A stretch of 64,000 bases of DNA. Origin: Candidatus Eiseniibacteriota bacterium (GTDB lineage Bacteria > Eisenbacteria > RBG-16-71-46). Below the pieces are notes generated by a model. The model was not told the DNA's origin. It did not search any database and saw nothing but the letters and a program-made list of their open reading frames with translations. Location of the stretch: NCBI GenBank assembly GCA_963717505.1, contig OY970342.1:4064001-4128000 (forward strand), in the 5' to 3' direction. Below, piece by piece: positions 13,447 through 23,573 of the stretch. The number at the start of each line of letters is the position of its first letter. The stretch's first letter is position 1. The translations under genes were made by a program, and so were the position numbers.

Positions 13447-14166
13447 TCAGTACACAATGTCTACGCCGAAGCGGACTCCCACGCCCTCGGCATCCACGGT
13501 CTCGCGCCAGGCGGCGCCCGTCTGGTCGGTCACATCCCGCGCCAGCAAAGCACCGTTGTAGAAGAGCTCGCCGTCCACACGCAGTCCCTTCGAGAGCTTC
13601 ATGCCCAAACCGGCATAGCTCTGCCATGCCCAGTTGGCATAGGTGGCGGTCCAACTCTCGGCGGTGCGGTAGTCGTTCGCCTGAAGGATGAGCCACTCGT
13701 AGCCGGCCCCGACACCGCCATACGGCACCACCGGGAACTTGTCCGTGAGCTTGACTTGCAGGAACACCATCGCGGGAACCAGGTGCGCGTCGACCTTGGC
13801 GAGCAGGATCTCGGGCTCGAAGCCCGGCAGAGCGCTGTCGACCGGCTGCAGCACCTTCTTCGACTTGTAGGACCAATCGCCCAGCACACCCAGCAACATG
13901 TGGCTGCCCAGGTTGATGCCGATGCGTGCCCCAAGGGTCGCGCTCGTCGCATCCGCATCGATGGGGGCGAACACGCCACCATGGAGGTGGAGCGTGCCCG
14001 TCTGTTCGCGTGCGGTCCAGACTTCGGCGTAGGTGACGTTCGGGTCGTTCGGGGGCGGTTGCGCGGATCCATCGGTCGCAAGCAAGGACAAACCGAGGAC
14101 CGCCAGAAGCCAGGTGGCGAAGGCACGGCGAGACGCGGCGCAGGAAGCTGGCCGACAAAAGAACAT
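13447..14166 (-). CDS. Small outer-membrane beta-barrel (OmpA-like transmembrane) protein
   Basis: Signal peptide, PYGGVGAGY, GVRFGVDIVY C-terminus; AAGGAG RBS. Confidence 0.75.
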   Translation of the reverse strand: MFFCRPASCAASRRAFATWLLAVLGLSLLATDGSAQPPPNDPNVTYAEVWTAREQTGTLHLHGGVFAPIDADATSATLGARIGINLGSHMLLGVLGDWSYKSKKVLQPVDSALPGFEPEILLAKVDAHLVPAMVFLQVKLTDKFPVVPYGGVGAGYEWLILQANDYRTAESWTATYANWAWQSYAGLGMKLSKGLRVDGELFYNGALLARDVTDQTGAAWRETVDAEGVGVRFGVDIVY

Positions 14167-14679
14167 TCATTTCTCCTTAAGAGGGATCATGGGCAAGGTC
14201 GAGGGCCGAAACCAATCGCCGAGTCCCCGCCACCGGGTGCGTTTGATTCAACCTCCCCCGGGGAGGTCCACGCTGGGCGTACCTACGAACAAACGGGTAT
14301 CAGTCTAGGGTCTTTCTGACCGCCGCGACAATCGGATGTCAGGAAGATAACAAGAGTCACGCCTGGACGTTGCAGAGGCGCACGACCCACCGTGCAGGAT
14401 GCGGCTACAGGCCCCTCCGCCTACCGGTCTGGTGCACGATTGTCGTCGTGCGCACCGAGCATGGTTGCCCCATCTCTCCACTGAAATCTGCGGGCACTGG
14501 ATTCCGCGTGCATATCTCCACCCGGGGCCCGGATTGTGCATGGCCGCGCCTTCGCTGCGGCCCGCCGCACGCGGCAATGCAGCTCCGCTCCGGTACACGG
14601 GAGGTAGTCCTCTGTGCCGGAATGCACGTTTCCCTCGATCGTCCCCGTCAGGGGACTCGCCCCATCGCGGAGACCATTC

Positions 14680-15255
14680 ATGAAACTTCGCCGCCATATC
14701 TTCGTTTCCCCGAGGTTGGTCAGCCTGCTTCTCAGCACGGTCTCGATCTTCTGGGCTTGGTACGTGTTCGCCTATGGAAATGGAAGGACCGGCGATTCGA
14801 CCGCATCGACCGGCTGCAGCTGCCACGATTCGACGCCCAACGCCCACGGCGTGATGTCGGTATCGATCACCGGGCCACAGGTCGTCCAAGTCGGATCGAT
14901 CAGTGACTACACGATCTCGGTCACAGGCGACCCGGCCGGGACCACCGGTGGGTTCGGTCTGACCTCGAGCGGTGGCACGTTCACGGCGGGAACCGGCGAC
15001 AAGGTCTCGAACGGTGAACTCGTTCACTCGGACAAGACGCGGCGGAGCTGGAGCTTCAAGTGGACAGCCCCGACCACTCCTGGGACGTATAACTTCTATG
15101 CCGTCGGGATGACCAGCAACGGATCCAGTGACAACAACGACTCATGGAACTGGTACGGCAATGCCCCCTCGACGGCGTTCCCGGTCAAGGTCGAATCACA
15201 AACGCCGACAGTTCACACTTCGTGGGGACAGGTCAAAGCACGCTTTCGCAAGTAG
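14680..15255 (+). CDS. Secreted Reeler-like (choice-of-anchor V) protein with C-terminal SWGQVKARF tail
   Basis: Signal peptide, GCSCH, WSFKWTAP...FYAVG...NG, ends TPTVHTSWGQVKARFRK. Confidence 0.7.
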   Translation: MKLRRHIFVSPRLVSLLLSTVSIFWAWYVFAYGNGRTGDSTASTGCSCHDSTPNAHGVMSVSITGPQVVQVGSISDYTISVTGDPAGTTGGFGLTSSGGTFTAGTGDKVSNGELVHSDKTRRSWSFKWTAPTTPGTYNFYAVGMTSNGSSDNNDSWNWYGNAPSTAFPVKVESQTPTVHTSWGQVKARFRK

Positions 15256-15305
15256 GGGCGCCCCCCGGCTGCTTATGAAGTGTTCGGAGCCTGACCGATT
15301 CCCGG

Positions 15306-16643
15306 TCAGGCTCTGGGGTCACGTGTCGCGGGCCCCGGGCCCAACCTGACGCGAAAACCCGCGCGGCCGGGCGCGACCGTCTCGAGGCTGTAGTCGAATC
15401 CGTGGGCGATCAGGATTTCCTGGACCAACGTCAGCCCGATGCCCTGGCCGTTCGGCTTCGACGTGAAGAACGACGTGAACAGTCTGGGTGCCACCTCGGG
15501 CGGGATGCCGCCCCCGCTGTCCTCGATCAGCAGGACCGGAACGCCGTGCTCCTTTGCGAGGGACGCGACGATCTCGCCCTCCTCGCCGATGGCGTCGATG
15601 GCGTTGCGGGCGATGTTGACCAGGGCCTGCTCCATCTGACCCCGATCCAGACTGACCGGGCTCACGCCGTCCTCGAGTCGCCATCGCCATGCGATCCGAC
15701 GGCGATGGCACTCGGGCTCGAGCAGGCGCGCGACGTCTCGCAGCAGCGCCTCGACGTCGCACGGCTTGAGATCGGGGGCCGGCAGCCGCACCACGTCGGC
15801 GAAACTCTTCATGAACTCGTTCATGTGACGGGTTCGCGCCACGGCCACCCCGATGCCGCTCTCGAAGTCGCCGCGGTCGCCGGCGCCGATCTGCGCCCCG
15901 TAGGCGAGACAGCTCTCGAGCAGTGAGATCACGGCGCCACTGGTGTTGTTGACCTCGTGCGACATGGTGCGGATCAGCTTTTCGTAGGCGGCTTTCTCGC
16001 TGGCATGCAGCTCCTTGGTCAGCTCCTCGAGCATCAGGCAGGTGCGTGCGAAACCGCGATCCATGAACGACAGCCGCCGGCAGCGCACTTTGCGACGCCC
16101 GCGAATGGTCACCAGTCGCGCCTCGCCCTCGCCGAGACCGTCGAGCTCGCGGGCCAGGGCGCCACCGAGCCACTCTAGCGCTTGCCCCCGGGCCGCCTCC
16201 TCCGAGACCCCGAGAATTTCGCACGCGCCCGGATTCATCGACTGGATCCAGCCGTCGTAGTCGAGCTGGACGACCCCGGAGGGCGACAGCGCGATGATCC
16301 GCCGGAGCAGCGAATCCTGCTCCTGATTCGCGGCCCGCTCGTCGCGCAGGTGGTCGACCATGCGATTGTAGAGACGGATGAGCCGGTTGACCTCCGGCTC
16401 GTGGGTCTCGCGGAAGCGCGTCATCAGGTCGCCGGAGGCGAGCAGCTCGATGCCGGTGCGCAGCATGTCCGCCGGTTCGCTGAGTCGCCGCGTCAGCCAC
16501 CAGGCGAACCCAAAGGAGGCGGCGAAGAACAGTTCGACCAGCAGCAGCCACAGCCGTTGTTCGCGCAGGAGTGCCCACGCCACGACGACGAAGACCAGAT
16601 GGACGAGCGCGAGGTAGAGGAGAAACCTCGCTTTCAGGCTCAC
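15306..16643 (-). CDS. Sensor histidine kinase (2 TM, HAMP, PAS, HATPase)
   Basis: H-box HEVNN, NIARNA, DSGGGI, FFTSK, GQGIGL; GTG start overlaps the regulator's stop. Confidence 0.92.
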   Translation of the reverse strand: MSLKARFLLYLALVHLVFVVVAWALLREQRLWLLLVELFFAASFGFAWWLTRRLSEPADMLRTGIELLASGDLMTRFRETHEPEVNRLIRLYNRMVDHLRDERAANQEQDSLLRRIIALSPSGVVQLDYDGWIQSMNPGACEILGVSEEAARGQALEWLGGALARELDGLGEGEARLVTIRGRRKVRCRRLSFMDRGFARTCLMLEELTKELHASEKAAYEKLIRTMSHEVNNTSGAVISLLESCLAYGAQIGAGDRGDFESGIGVAVARTRHMNEFMKSFADVVRLPAPDLKPCDVEALLRDVARLLEPECHRRRIAWRWRLEDGVSPVSLDRGQMEQALVNIARNAIDAIGEEGEIVASLAKEHGVPVLLIEDSGGGIPPEVAPRLFTSFFTSKPNGQGIGLTLVQEILIAHGFDYSLETVAPGRAGFRVRLGPGPATRDPRA

Positions 16644-18004
16644 GCTTCGATTCCGTACTTCTCGAGTCGCCGGTACAGAGCGGGGCGGCTCATGCCCAGC
16701 GATTCCGCGGTCCGGCTCAGGTTGCCGTCGTGGTGCTTGAGCGCCTTGAGGATCATGGCGCGTTCGATCTCGGGCAGGGTCATGCTGCCCACGCTCGGCA
16801 GCGGGTCGTCCCTCCCGGGCCCCAGGTCCATCGCGAGCGTGCGGCGGAGATCGTCGACGCTGATGCGGCCCGATGTGCCGGTGAGCAGGGCGCGCTCGAC
16901 CACGTGCTCGAGCTGGCGGATGTTGCCGGGCCACGGTTGCTCCTGGAGCCACTCCAGCGCCTGGGACTCGATCGCCGCGTCGCGCCGTCCATGGGTCGCC
17001 GCCGCCCGCTGGAGGAAATGCGCCGCCAGCAGCGGCACGTCAGTCGCGCGCTCGGCGAGGGTCGGCATGCGCACTCGGATCAAGTTGATGCGGTAGTACA
17101 GGTCCTCGCGGAACGCGCCGTCCCGGATGGCTTGTTCCAGGTCGATGTTGGTCGCCGAGATCACGCGCACGTCGAGCGGCTGTGGGCGGTTCGCGCCCAC
17201 CAGTTCGTAGCTGCGGTCCTGGAGCACGCGCAGCAGTTTGATCTGGCAGGCCGGATCGAGGTCGCCGATCTCGTCGAGCAGGATGGTGCCGTTCTGCGCG
17301 GCCGCGAACCGGCCGGTGCGATCCGCGAGCGCGTCGGTGAACGCGCCGCGCACGTGTCCGAACAGCTCGCTGTCGAACAGACCGACCGGAAGGGCGGCGA
17401 GGTTGACCCGGATGAACGGTTTGTGGCGTCGCGGGCTGTTGCGATGCACCGCCGCCGCGAGCACCTCCTTGCCGGTGCCGGTATCGCCCGAGATCAGGAT
17501 CGATGCGTCGGTGGGCGCCACGCGCATCAGCAGCTCGAGGACTTCGACGAACCGCGGATGGCGGCCGATGACCCCGTCGAGGTCGTACTTCGCGTCGAGC
17601 GCTGCGCGTTCCGTGGGCGCATCCGGGCCGCGAGTCGCCGCGAGCCCGAGGGCGGTCCGCACCGCTTGGTGGACCTGCTCGTTGCTCCACGGTTTGGTGA
17701 TGAAGTCGGCTGCCCCCGCCTTCATGCCATCGACCGCGAGCTGAATCGAGCCCCAGGCGGTAATGAGGATCACCGGCAGGCCGGGCCGCGTCGCACGGAT
17801 GCGGCGCATCAACTCCAGGCCCTCGGCGCCGGTGGTCTCGCGCGAGAAGTTCATGTCCTGCAGCACGAGATCGACGTCGGGGCGAGCCACTTCGGCCAAC
17901 GCCGACTCCGGCGTGGTCGCGGCCACCGAGGCGAATCCCTTCTGCTTGAGCAGCAAACCGAGCGACGCCGTCACCGAATAGTCGTCGTCGACAATCAGGA
18001 TCAT
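16640..18004 (-). CDS. Sigma54-dependent response regulator (NtrC family)
   Basis: Receiver ILIVDDD/DMNF, GDTGTGKE, GAFTDA, WPGNIRQL, Fis-type HTH. Confidence 0.95.
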   Translation of the reverse strand: MILIVDDDYSVTASLGLLLKQKGFASVAATTPESALAEVARPDVDLVLQDMNFSRETTGAEGLELMRRIRATRPGLPVILITAWGSIQLAVDGMKAGAADFITKPWSNEQVHQAVRTALGLAATRGPDAPTERAALDAKYDLDGVIGRHPRFVEVLELLMRVAPTDASILISGDTGTGKEVLAAAVHRNSPRRHKPFIRVNLAALPVGLFDSELFGHVRGAFTDALADRTGRFAAAQNGTILLDEIGDLDPACQIKLLRVLQDRSYELVGANRPQPLDVRVISATNIDLEQAIRDGAFREDLYYRINLIRVRMPTLAERATDVPLLAAHFLQRAAATHGRRDAAIESQALEWLQEQPWPGNIRQLEHVVERALLTGTSGRISVDDLRRTLAMDLGPGRDDPLPSVGSMTLPEIERAMILKALKHHDGNLSRTAESLGMSRPALYRRLEKYGIEA

Positions 18005-18007
18005 CCG

Positions 18008-19243
18008 TTACTCGTATTGGAGCGCCCGCGAGGGTTCCACCTGGGTGGCCAACCAGCCGGGATAGAGTCCGCACAGGATCACGAACGGAACGATGACCAG
18101 GCTCGAAGCCACGATGGCCGAGACGAATACGCCGACCCCGACGAACGAGAGCGCGCCGAGCAACGGCAGCTGCAGGAACAGCACCGTACCCACGAACAGG
18201 GCGATCGCGGTGAGCACGACGATCTCCCCGATGATCTGGTTGCGCACCCCGCCCGCGGTAGCACCGAGCGCGCGTCGCAGACCCAGCTCCTGGGTCCGGC
18301 GGGTCACATTCTGCCAGAGGACGCCCATGAGGCCCATCCCGACCATGAGGACCAGGAACCCGGCCAGCATGCCCCCGAACAGCAGCGGCAGGAGCCGACC
18401 GCGAATGTAGCGTTGCCGCTCGAGCTCCACCGACTGCAGGGCGAACGTCCAATCGGGGGCCTCGGCATGCAGCGTTTTCATCAGCGTCTCTTCGAACGCA
18501 GCCGGCGTGCCGGGATGGACGCGGATCGCGTAGCTCCACGGCGCCCACCCGCGCTCGGGATCCGTCAGTGTCTGCGGCCGGAACGCAGCGTAGGGCATGT
18601 CCGTGAACTCCCCCGCCTTGCGGTAGTCGCGGATCACCCCCACCACCCGGCGCACCTGCCAGCCCTCGTCGGGCGTCTCGAGCTTGCCGTCGTCGGTGTA
18701 GCCGTCGATCGTGCGGCCGATCGGGTTCTCACGCCCGAACAGACGCCGCGCGAGATCCTGGGTGATGACGTGCGGAATGAACGCCGCCGCGTCGTCACCG
18801 GGCTCGAGCCAGCGGCCCGCCACCAGCTCGAACTTGAGCACGTCGAGCGACGCAGGCGTGGTGGGACTGGAGAGGAACTGCACCAAACCGCCGTCGGCCA
18901 GGCGGATGCCGGTGCGGCTCATGCTCCCCGAGTAAGGCGTATTGGGCATCGGCGCCACCGACTCGATCTGAGGATGGTCGCTCAAGGTCGCGAGGAGGCG
19001 TTGCGAGGCGGCCAGGGCGCGCGCATTGGCCTCTTTGTCATCGAGCGTGGCCTGAGGAATGTCGACCTCGAGCGTCCACACATTGCGGTAATCGAATCCC
19101 AATGGGCGGCGCCAGTTGGCCGCGTAGTACGCGCAGACGCTGAAGACGGCGCACAGGACCAGGAAGCTGACCAGGATCTCCACCAGGATCAGGCCGTTCG
19201 CGCGCCGCCGGTTCCACACCAGCTTGAGGTAGTGCGTGATCAT
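18008..19243 (-). CDS. MacB/FtsX-family ABC permease
   Basis: MITHYLKLVWNRR, VVGV, RRTQELGLRRALGA, PSRALQYE. Confidence 0.9.
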   Translation of the reverse strand: MITHYLKLVWNRRRANGLILVEILVSFLVLCAVFSVCAYYAANWRRPLGFDYRNVWTLEVDIPQATLDDKEANARALAASQRLLATLSDHPQIESVAPMPNTPYSGSMSRTGIRLADGGLVQFLSSPTTPASLDVLKFELVAGRWLEPGDDAAAFIPHVITQDLARRLFGRENPIGRTIDGYTDDGKLETPDEGWQVRRVVGVIRDYRKAGEFTDMPYAAFRPQTLTDPERGWAPWSYAIRVHPGTPAAFEETLMKTLHAEAPDWTFALQSVELERQRYIRGRLLPLLFGGMLAGFLVLMVGMGLMGVLWQNVTRRTQELGLRRALGATAGGVRNQIIGEIVVLTAIALFVGTVLFLQLPLLGALSFVGVGVFVSAIVASSLVIVPFVILCGLYPGWLATQVEPSRALQYE

Positions 19244-20481
19244 CGGTGACCTCCTCTCAGGGCCTCGACCGGATCGAGCCGGGCCATGCGCCACGCCGGA
19301 TACGCGCCCGAAAGCACGCCGAAGAACACCGCCAACCCCAGACCGTAGAGGAAGACCCGGTGGTTCAAGTGAAAGTCCGCGTTCGGGATCAACCCGCTGC
19401 CGTTGATCAGCTGCAGCGCCCACAGCGACAGCACGAAACCGATCGCGCCACCGATCACCGCCAGAACGACGTTCTCGACGATGAACTGACCGACCAGGTG
19501 GCCGGTCGAGGCGCCGAAGGCTTTGCGCACGCCGATTTCGGGAACGCGCTCGAAGATGCGACTGATGTTCATGTTCACCAGGTTGATCGCCGGCAGGAGC
19601 ATGAACAGCAGGGTCAGCAGGGCGAGGACGGCGATGAACAGGCTGGTCCGGGGCATGTCGTTGGTGGTGCCCACGGCTTCGGCGGCCACGTCTTCGAGCC
19701 GCGTGCGCGGAGATCCCGACATCCGGTCGTAGCGATCGGGTTCGGTCATCTCGACGTGAGGCAGGCGTGAGGCGAACTCCGCGCGGATCGCGCCGAAGTT
19801 TCGCGGCGAATCGGCGAGCAACATGGCATTGAAGTCCCCCATCAGTCGCGTCTTCCAGACGTCGGTCGGCAGGGTCGTCACCGGCACCCAGATGTCGGCG
19901 TACGCGCAGTCCCGGTCGCGCGGGACATTGCGCACCACGCCGATCACCGTGAAGGTCTGGCCGTGTGCCTCGAAGCTTTGGCCCAAGGCAGGACGATCGC
20001 CGAACAGGTTGCACGCGGCGGACTCGCTGAGCACGGCCACCCGACTGCCGTCGGCGACTTCGGCCTCGCCGAAGCCGTGGCCGGCCACGAACGCAAAGTC
20101 GAGGATGGTCCAGTACTCGGCGTCCGTGCGGCGCATCTGCGACACCACCTTCTCGCCGCCGACGAAGCTGAGGGCGGCATGAGCGCCGGTGAAGATCGAC
20201 ATGCGTTCGACGTGGGGGATGTCGCGACAGTAGCGGTCGAGAAAACCGTACCCCGGATCGCCGCTCCACTCGTTTTCTGCCCCGCGCATGGCCATGTAGG
20301 TCACGTGCAGGGTGCGATCGAGTCGGACCTCGGGGGCCATCGGCGAGAAGGCGTGGTCGAGCATCGCCGAGGCGATCACCAGCACCAGCAGCGTCACGCT
20401 GGTTCCGAACAGGCTCACGAAGGTGAAGAACTTCCGCCGCAGCAGAACCTTGAAGGCGAGTTTGAGGTAGTTGGTCAGCAT
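19240..20481 (-). CDS. MacB/FtsX-family ABC permease
   Basis: MLTNYLKLAFK, ERVPEIGVRKAFGA, YPAWRMARLDPVEALR. Confidence 0.92.
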   Translation of the reverse strand: MLTNYLKLAFKVLLRRKFFTFVSLFGTSVTLLVLVIASAMLDHAFSPMAPEVRLDRTLHVTYMAMRGAENEWSGDPGYGFLDRYCRDIPHVERMSIFTGAHAALSFVGGEKVVSQMRRTDAEYWTILDFAFVAGHGFGEAEVADGSRVAVLSESAACNLFGDRPALGQSFEAHGQTFTVIGVVRNVPRDRDCAYADIWVPVTTLPTDVWKTRLMGDFNAMLLADSPRNFGAIRAEFASRLPHVEMTEPDRYDRMSGSPRTRLEDVAAEAVGTTNDMPRTSLFIAVLALLTLLFMLLPAINLVNMNISRIFERVPEIGVRKAFGASTGHLVGQFIVENVVLAVIGGAIGFVLSLWALQLINGSGLIPNADFHLNHRVFLYGLGLAVFFGVLSGAYPAWRMARLDPVEALRGGHR

Positions 20482-20488
20482 GCGCGCC

Positions 20489-21214
20489 TCACTCGACCTG
20501 GCGGCCGTCGAACAGCCGAACGATGCGTGCCGTCCGCGAGGCGAGACGCTGATCGTGCGTCACCATGACGACGGTGGTTCCCGCGCGGTTCAAGTCCTCG
20601 AGAATGGCGATGATTTCGTCGCCCATCTGGCTGTCGAGATTTCCCGTGGGCTCGTCGGCGAGCAGGATGCTCGGGCGGCCGACGATTGCCCGGGCGATGG
20701 CGACCCGCTGCCGCTGGCCCCCCGAGAGCTGCGACGGGAAGTGCGTGGTCCGCGCCGACAGGCCGACGCGTTCCAGCGCCTCCTGCGCCATGGTGCGGCG
20801 CTGCCCGCCCGGCAGACGGCGGTACAAGAGCGGAATCTCGACGTTGTCGAGCACGTTCAGATCCTGGATCAGGTGGAACGTCTGGAACACGAAACCGATT
20901 TCGCGGTTGCGCTTGACCGCGAGCTGCCGGTCAGACAGCGCGCCGACACTCTGCCCGCCGACCTCGATCGTGCCCTTGCTCGGGCGATCGAGCAGTCCGA
21001 TGACGTTGAGCAACGTGCTCTTGCCCGAACCCGAAGGCCCCATGACGCTCAGGAACTCGCGGTCCTTGACTTCGAGGTGGATTTGATTGAGCGCCACGGT
21101 TTCGATCCGGTCGGTGCGGTGGATCTTCTCGACGCCGGTGAGACGAATGGCGGCGCGGCCGTTGGCGCGGGCGCCGGCCGCCGTCGCGCCGGCTTCCAGG
21201 GTCATGGTGCTCAT
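20489..21214 (-). CDS. ABC ATP-binding protein (LolD/MacB-like)
   Basis: GPSGSGKST, LSGGQRQRVAIARA, LLADEPTGNLD, VTHD. Confidence 0.95.
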   Translation of the reverse strand: MSTMTLEAGATAAGARANGRAAIRLTGVEKIHRTDRIETVALNQIHLEVKDREFLSVMGPSGSGKSTLLNVIGLLDRPSKGTIEVGGQSVGALSDRQLAVKRNREIGFVFQTFHLIQDLNVLDNVEIPLLYRRLPGGQRRTMAQEALERVGLSARTTHFPSQLSGGQRQRVAIARAIVGRPSILLADEPTGNLDSQMGDEIIAILEDLNRAGTTVVMVTHDQRLASRTARIVRLFDGRQVE

Positions 21215-22455
21215 CGGATGCGAATCTCCTTCCGGTTGGCGTAGTCGCTCATGTCGGACAGTATGACCTCGTCGCCTTCTTCCAGGCCCTCGAGGATTTC
21301 GGTGCTCTCGAAGTTGGTGATGCCGAGTTTGATGTTCCGCCGCACTCCTTCGTTGCCGCGCACCCGGAACAGGGCGTGGCCGCCGTCGATCACGATGATG
21401 CTCCCGCGGCGCACGGTGAGCGTTCCTTCGCGCCGCTCGGTGATGACGTGGACGTCGACGCGAAGATTCGGCCGCAGCAGCGCGTGATCGGGCTTGCCGA
21501 GCGCGACGTCCAGCCGCACGATACCGTTCTCCACCTTGGGGTGGACTTTGGATACCGTGCCCGGCAACGAAAGATCGCCGACCTGAACTAGGACGGGTTG
21601 CCCGGCGCGGATCCGCGCGGCGTGCACGTCCGAGATCGTGGCCTCGACCTTGAACGTGGACAGGTCGGCGACCCGCGCCAGCTCGTCGCCGCGCACTACC
21701 GACACGCCTTCGCCGGAGAGCACCCAGGTCAGAACGCCGCCGCGAACGCTGGCGGCCGAGCCCTGAAGCAGGGCGCGCTGCGCGTCGCGCCGCTCGTGGA
21801 CCAGGATGTCGTGCTCGAGATCGAGGGCGCGCAGGCGGACCTCGAGCCCACGCTCGGCGTTCTTGATCGCCGCCGCGAGCTGTTCGACCTCGATTCGGCA
21901 GCGCTCGAGATCGGTGTCGCTCTTCCTCGCGGCATCGCCGCTGATCACTCCGGCCGCGGCCAGCTTGCGGTTCCGTTCGGCTTCGAACGTCAGCGATTCC
22001 AGCTCGAGCTTCTTGATCGCCGCCTGTCCGTTCAGCTCGTTCAAGCGATTCTCGAGATCGACGCGGGCCTGGGCGCGCTCGTTGTCCTTGAGCGCCACCT
22101 GGCGCTCGAGCCGCTCCACCAGCAGGCGGGCCTCGCCTTGATCGAGACTCAGGATCGGTTCTCCGGCAGCAACCGTGTCTCCGGGCTGGTGCAGCGTCTG
22201 GAGCACGCGCGACGGCCCCGGACTCGTGACCACGAACTCGTGCTCGGGCAGGACCAGCCCCGACGCCGTGAGGGTGGCGTCGATCGCGCCGCGCTCGACG
22301 ATGGCGGTGCGGAGTTGGGAACGAGGGAGGGACAGCGTCACCCAGCCCGGGAGAATGAAGGCGAGGGCGAGCAGGGCCACGGCTCCCGCGATCCAGCCGA
22401 AGAGACGACGACGAGCCTTCTGCAGGAGTTCACGAACGGGGATCGGGCGGTCCAT
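21211..22455 (-). CDS. Periplasmic adaptor (MacA/HlyD-like membrane fusion protein)
   Basis: N-terminal TM, lipoyl halves flanking a coiled coil, EILEGLEEGDEVI. Confidence 0.9.
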   Translation of the reverse strand: MDRPIPVRELLQKARRRLFGWIAGAVALLALAFILPGWVTLSLPRSQLRTAIVERGAIDATLTASGLVLPEHEFVVTSPGPSRVLQTLHQPGDTVAAGEPILSLDQGEARLLVERLERQVALKDNERAQARVDLENRLNELNGQAAIKKLELESLTFEAERNRKLAAAGVISGDAARKSDTDLERCRIEVEQLAAAIKNAERGLEVRLRALDLEHDILVHERRDAQRALLQGSAASVRGGVLTWVLSGEGVSVVRGDELARVADLSTFKVEATISDVHAARIRAGQPVLVQVGDLSLPGTVSKVHPKVENGIVRLDVALGKPDHALLRPNLRVDVHVITERREGTLTVRRGSIIVIDGGHALFRVRGNEGVRRNIKLGITNFESTEILEGLEEGDEVILSDMSDYANRKEIRIR

Positions 22456-22468
22456 GCGCCCGGTCAGG

Positions 22469-22483
22469 GCAAGCCGAATGCCA
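22469..22483 (-). promoter_or_regulatory. Sigma54 -24/-12 promoter of the MacAB/two-component operon
   Basis: Minus strand TGGCAT-TCGGC-TTGC (GG-N10-GC), 13 nt before the ATG. Confidence 0.8.
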
Positions 22484-22536
22484 GACGCGTGGTGTTGCGA
22501 GCGAAGGGTTTATGCCGGCCGAGGGCTCGGAGCACC

Positions 22537-22570
22537 GTCCGATCCCGTGTGGCACTGTCCGGAAGCGGAC
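22537..22570. promoter_or_regulatory. Candidate enhancer (UAS) for the sigma54 activator
   Basis: Palindrome GTCCG-GAAG-CGGAC (22557-22570) plus a second GTCCG 20 bp away (22537), about 55-90 bp upstream of the -24 box. Confidence 0.5.
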
Positions 22571-22621
22571 CATGGCTCGGAGCGTGAAACAGAGATGCGT
22601 GCGCCGGAGCGCGACCCCGGA

Positions 22622-23527
22622 CTAGCGCGTAAAGACCACCCGATGCGAGATCGGCTGCTCGCTGCCGGGAATTGTCAGGCGAGCGAAGTAGACGCCTGAC
22701 GTCACCAGCGTCCCGTCGTCCATCCGTCCGTCCCACGAGGCCAATCCCCGCCCGGCGGGCTGGTCGCCAGTCACCAGCGTGCGCACGCGCCGGCCCTGTG
22801 CATCGAACACCGACAGGTCCATCCAGCCGCCTCGGGCGAGCGTGAAGTCCAGGGCCGTCTGCCCGCGGAAGGGATTGGGGCGCGCGGGCGCGAGGTCGTC
22901 GAGTGTCGCGATCGGACCGGCCGGCGCGTCGAGCGGCGGTTGAAAATCGGTGAAGGCCTGCTGGGTGTAGATGTGATCCCCCCCGAGGCCGTTGTTGTTG
23001 TTGGAAGCGTTCCCCGCGGCGAAGAAGAAGATCCGACCGATATCGACATTGGGCGCCAGCCACCGGATCGTCCATTCGATCGGCCCGTTGTCGCCGGCGT
23101 ACGTGCCTCCGGGAGTGTGCTGAACGTACCGTCTCGTCGCATAGACTCCCGTTCCGGGGACGATCTGGATGCCCGTGGTCCCGGTGACGGTGAACGTGCC
23201 CGCGCCTTGACCGTTGACCTCGCGTATCGCGGTCATTTCGAACCCCCATCGCCTCGGCGGATTGAAGTTCGAGGTCATGCGCACGCGCAGCCTGTAGATG
23301 GAATCGGGAACATAGAACTCGGGAACGTCGAGGAACTCGAGCGTGGCGCCCGGGCTGTTGAGCGGGAATGAGCCATGGCAATCCGTACAGTTGTCTTCAG
23401 CCGGCACGCCGCCGATCGCCGGCGCTCCGGTAAGGCTGGCAGGCGGCCCGGTTGAGAACGCGACGGCCATTGAAGCTCCGGTCACCAGTGCGATGACCGA
23501 CGCGAGTCGAACGATCCAGAGTCTCAT
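22622..23527 (-). CDS. Secreted Reeler-like (choice-of-anchor V) protein with FlgD-Ig C-terminal domain
   Basis: FSTGPPASLTGAP...CTDCH, WTIRWLAP...FFAAGNASN; CTD PNPF...VFDAQGRRVRTL...WDGR...SGVYFARL. Confidence 0.8.
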   Translation of the reverse strand: MRLWIVRLASVIALVTGASMAVAFSTGPPASLTGAPAIGGVPAEDNCTDCHGSFPLNSPGATLEFLDVPEFYVPDSIYRLRVRMTSNFNPPRRWGFEMTAIREVNGQGAGTFTVTGTTGIQIVPGTGVYATRRYVQHTPGGTYAGDNGPIEWTIRWLAPNVDIGRIFFFAAGNASNNNNGLGGDHIYTQQAFTDFQPPLDAPAGPIATLDDLAPARPNPFRGQTALDFTLARGGWMDLSVFDAQGRRVRTLVTGDQPAGRGLASWDGRMDDGTLVTSGVYFARLTIPGSEQPISHRVVFTR

Positions 23528-23573
23528 GGACCCTCCAGAGCTCATCCAGCTGGAGCACCACCGAGTTCGTCGA

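Noticed and set aside
14171-14679. Possible ncRNA or small ORF in the 500-bp divergent gap
   Set aside because: Only short hairpins and a weak GG-N10-GC match; no recognisable RNA family or convincing ORF.
18008-20269. 753-aa permease and 548-aa kinase as given by the ORF track
   Set aside because: The N-terminal extensions overlap upstream genes out of frame; true starts are at 19243 and 16643.
23550-23560. CTGGAGCACCA match to the hbd 3' end
   Set aside because: Only 11 bp and 13.6 kb away; compatible with chance.
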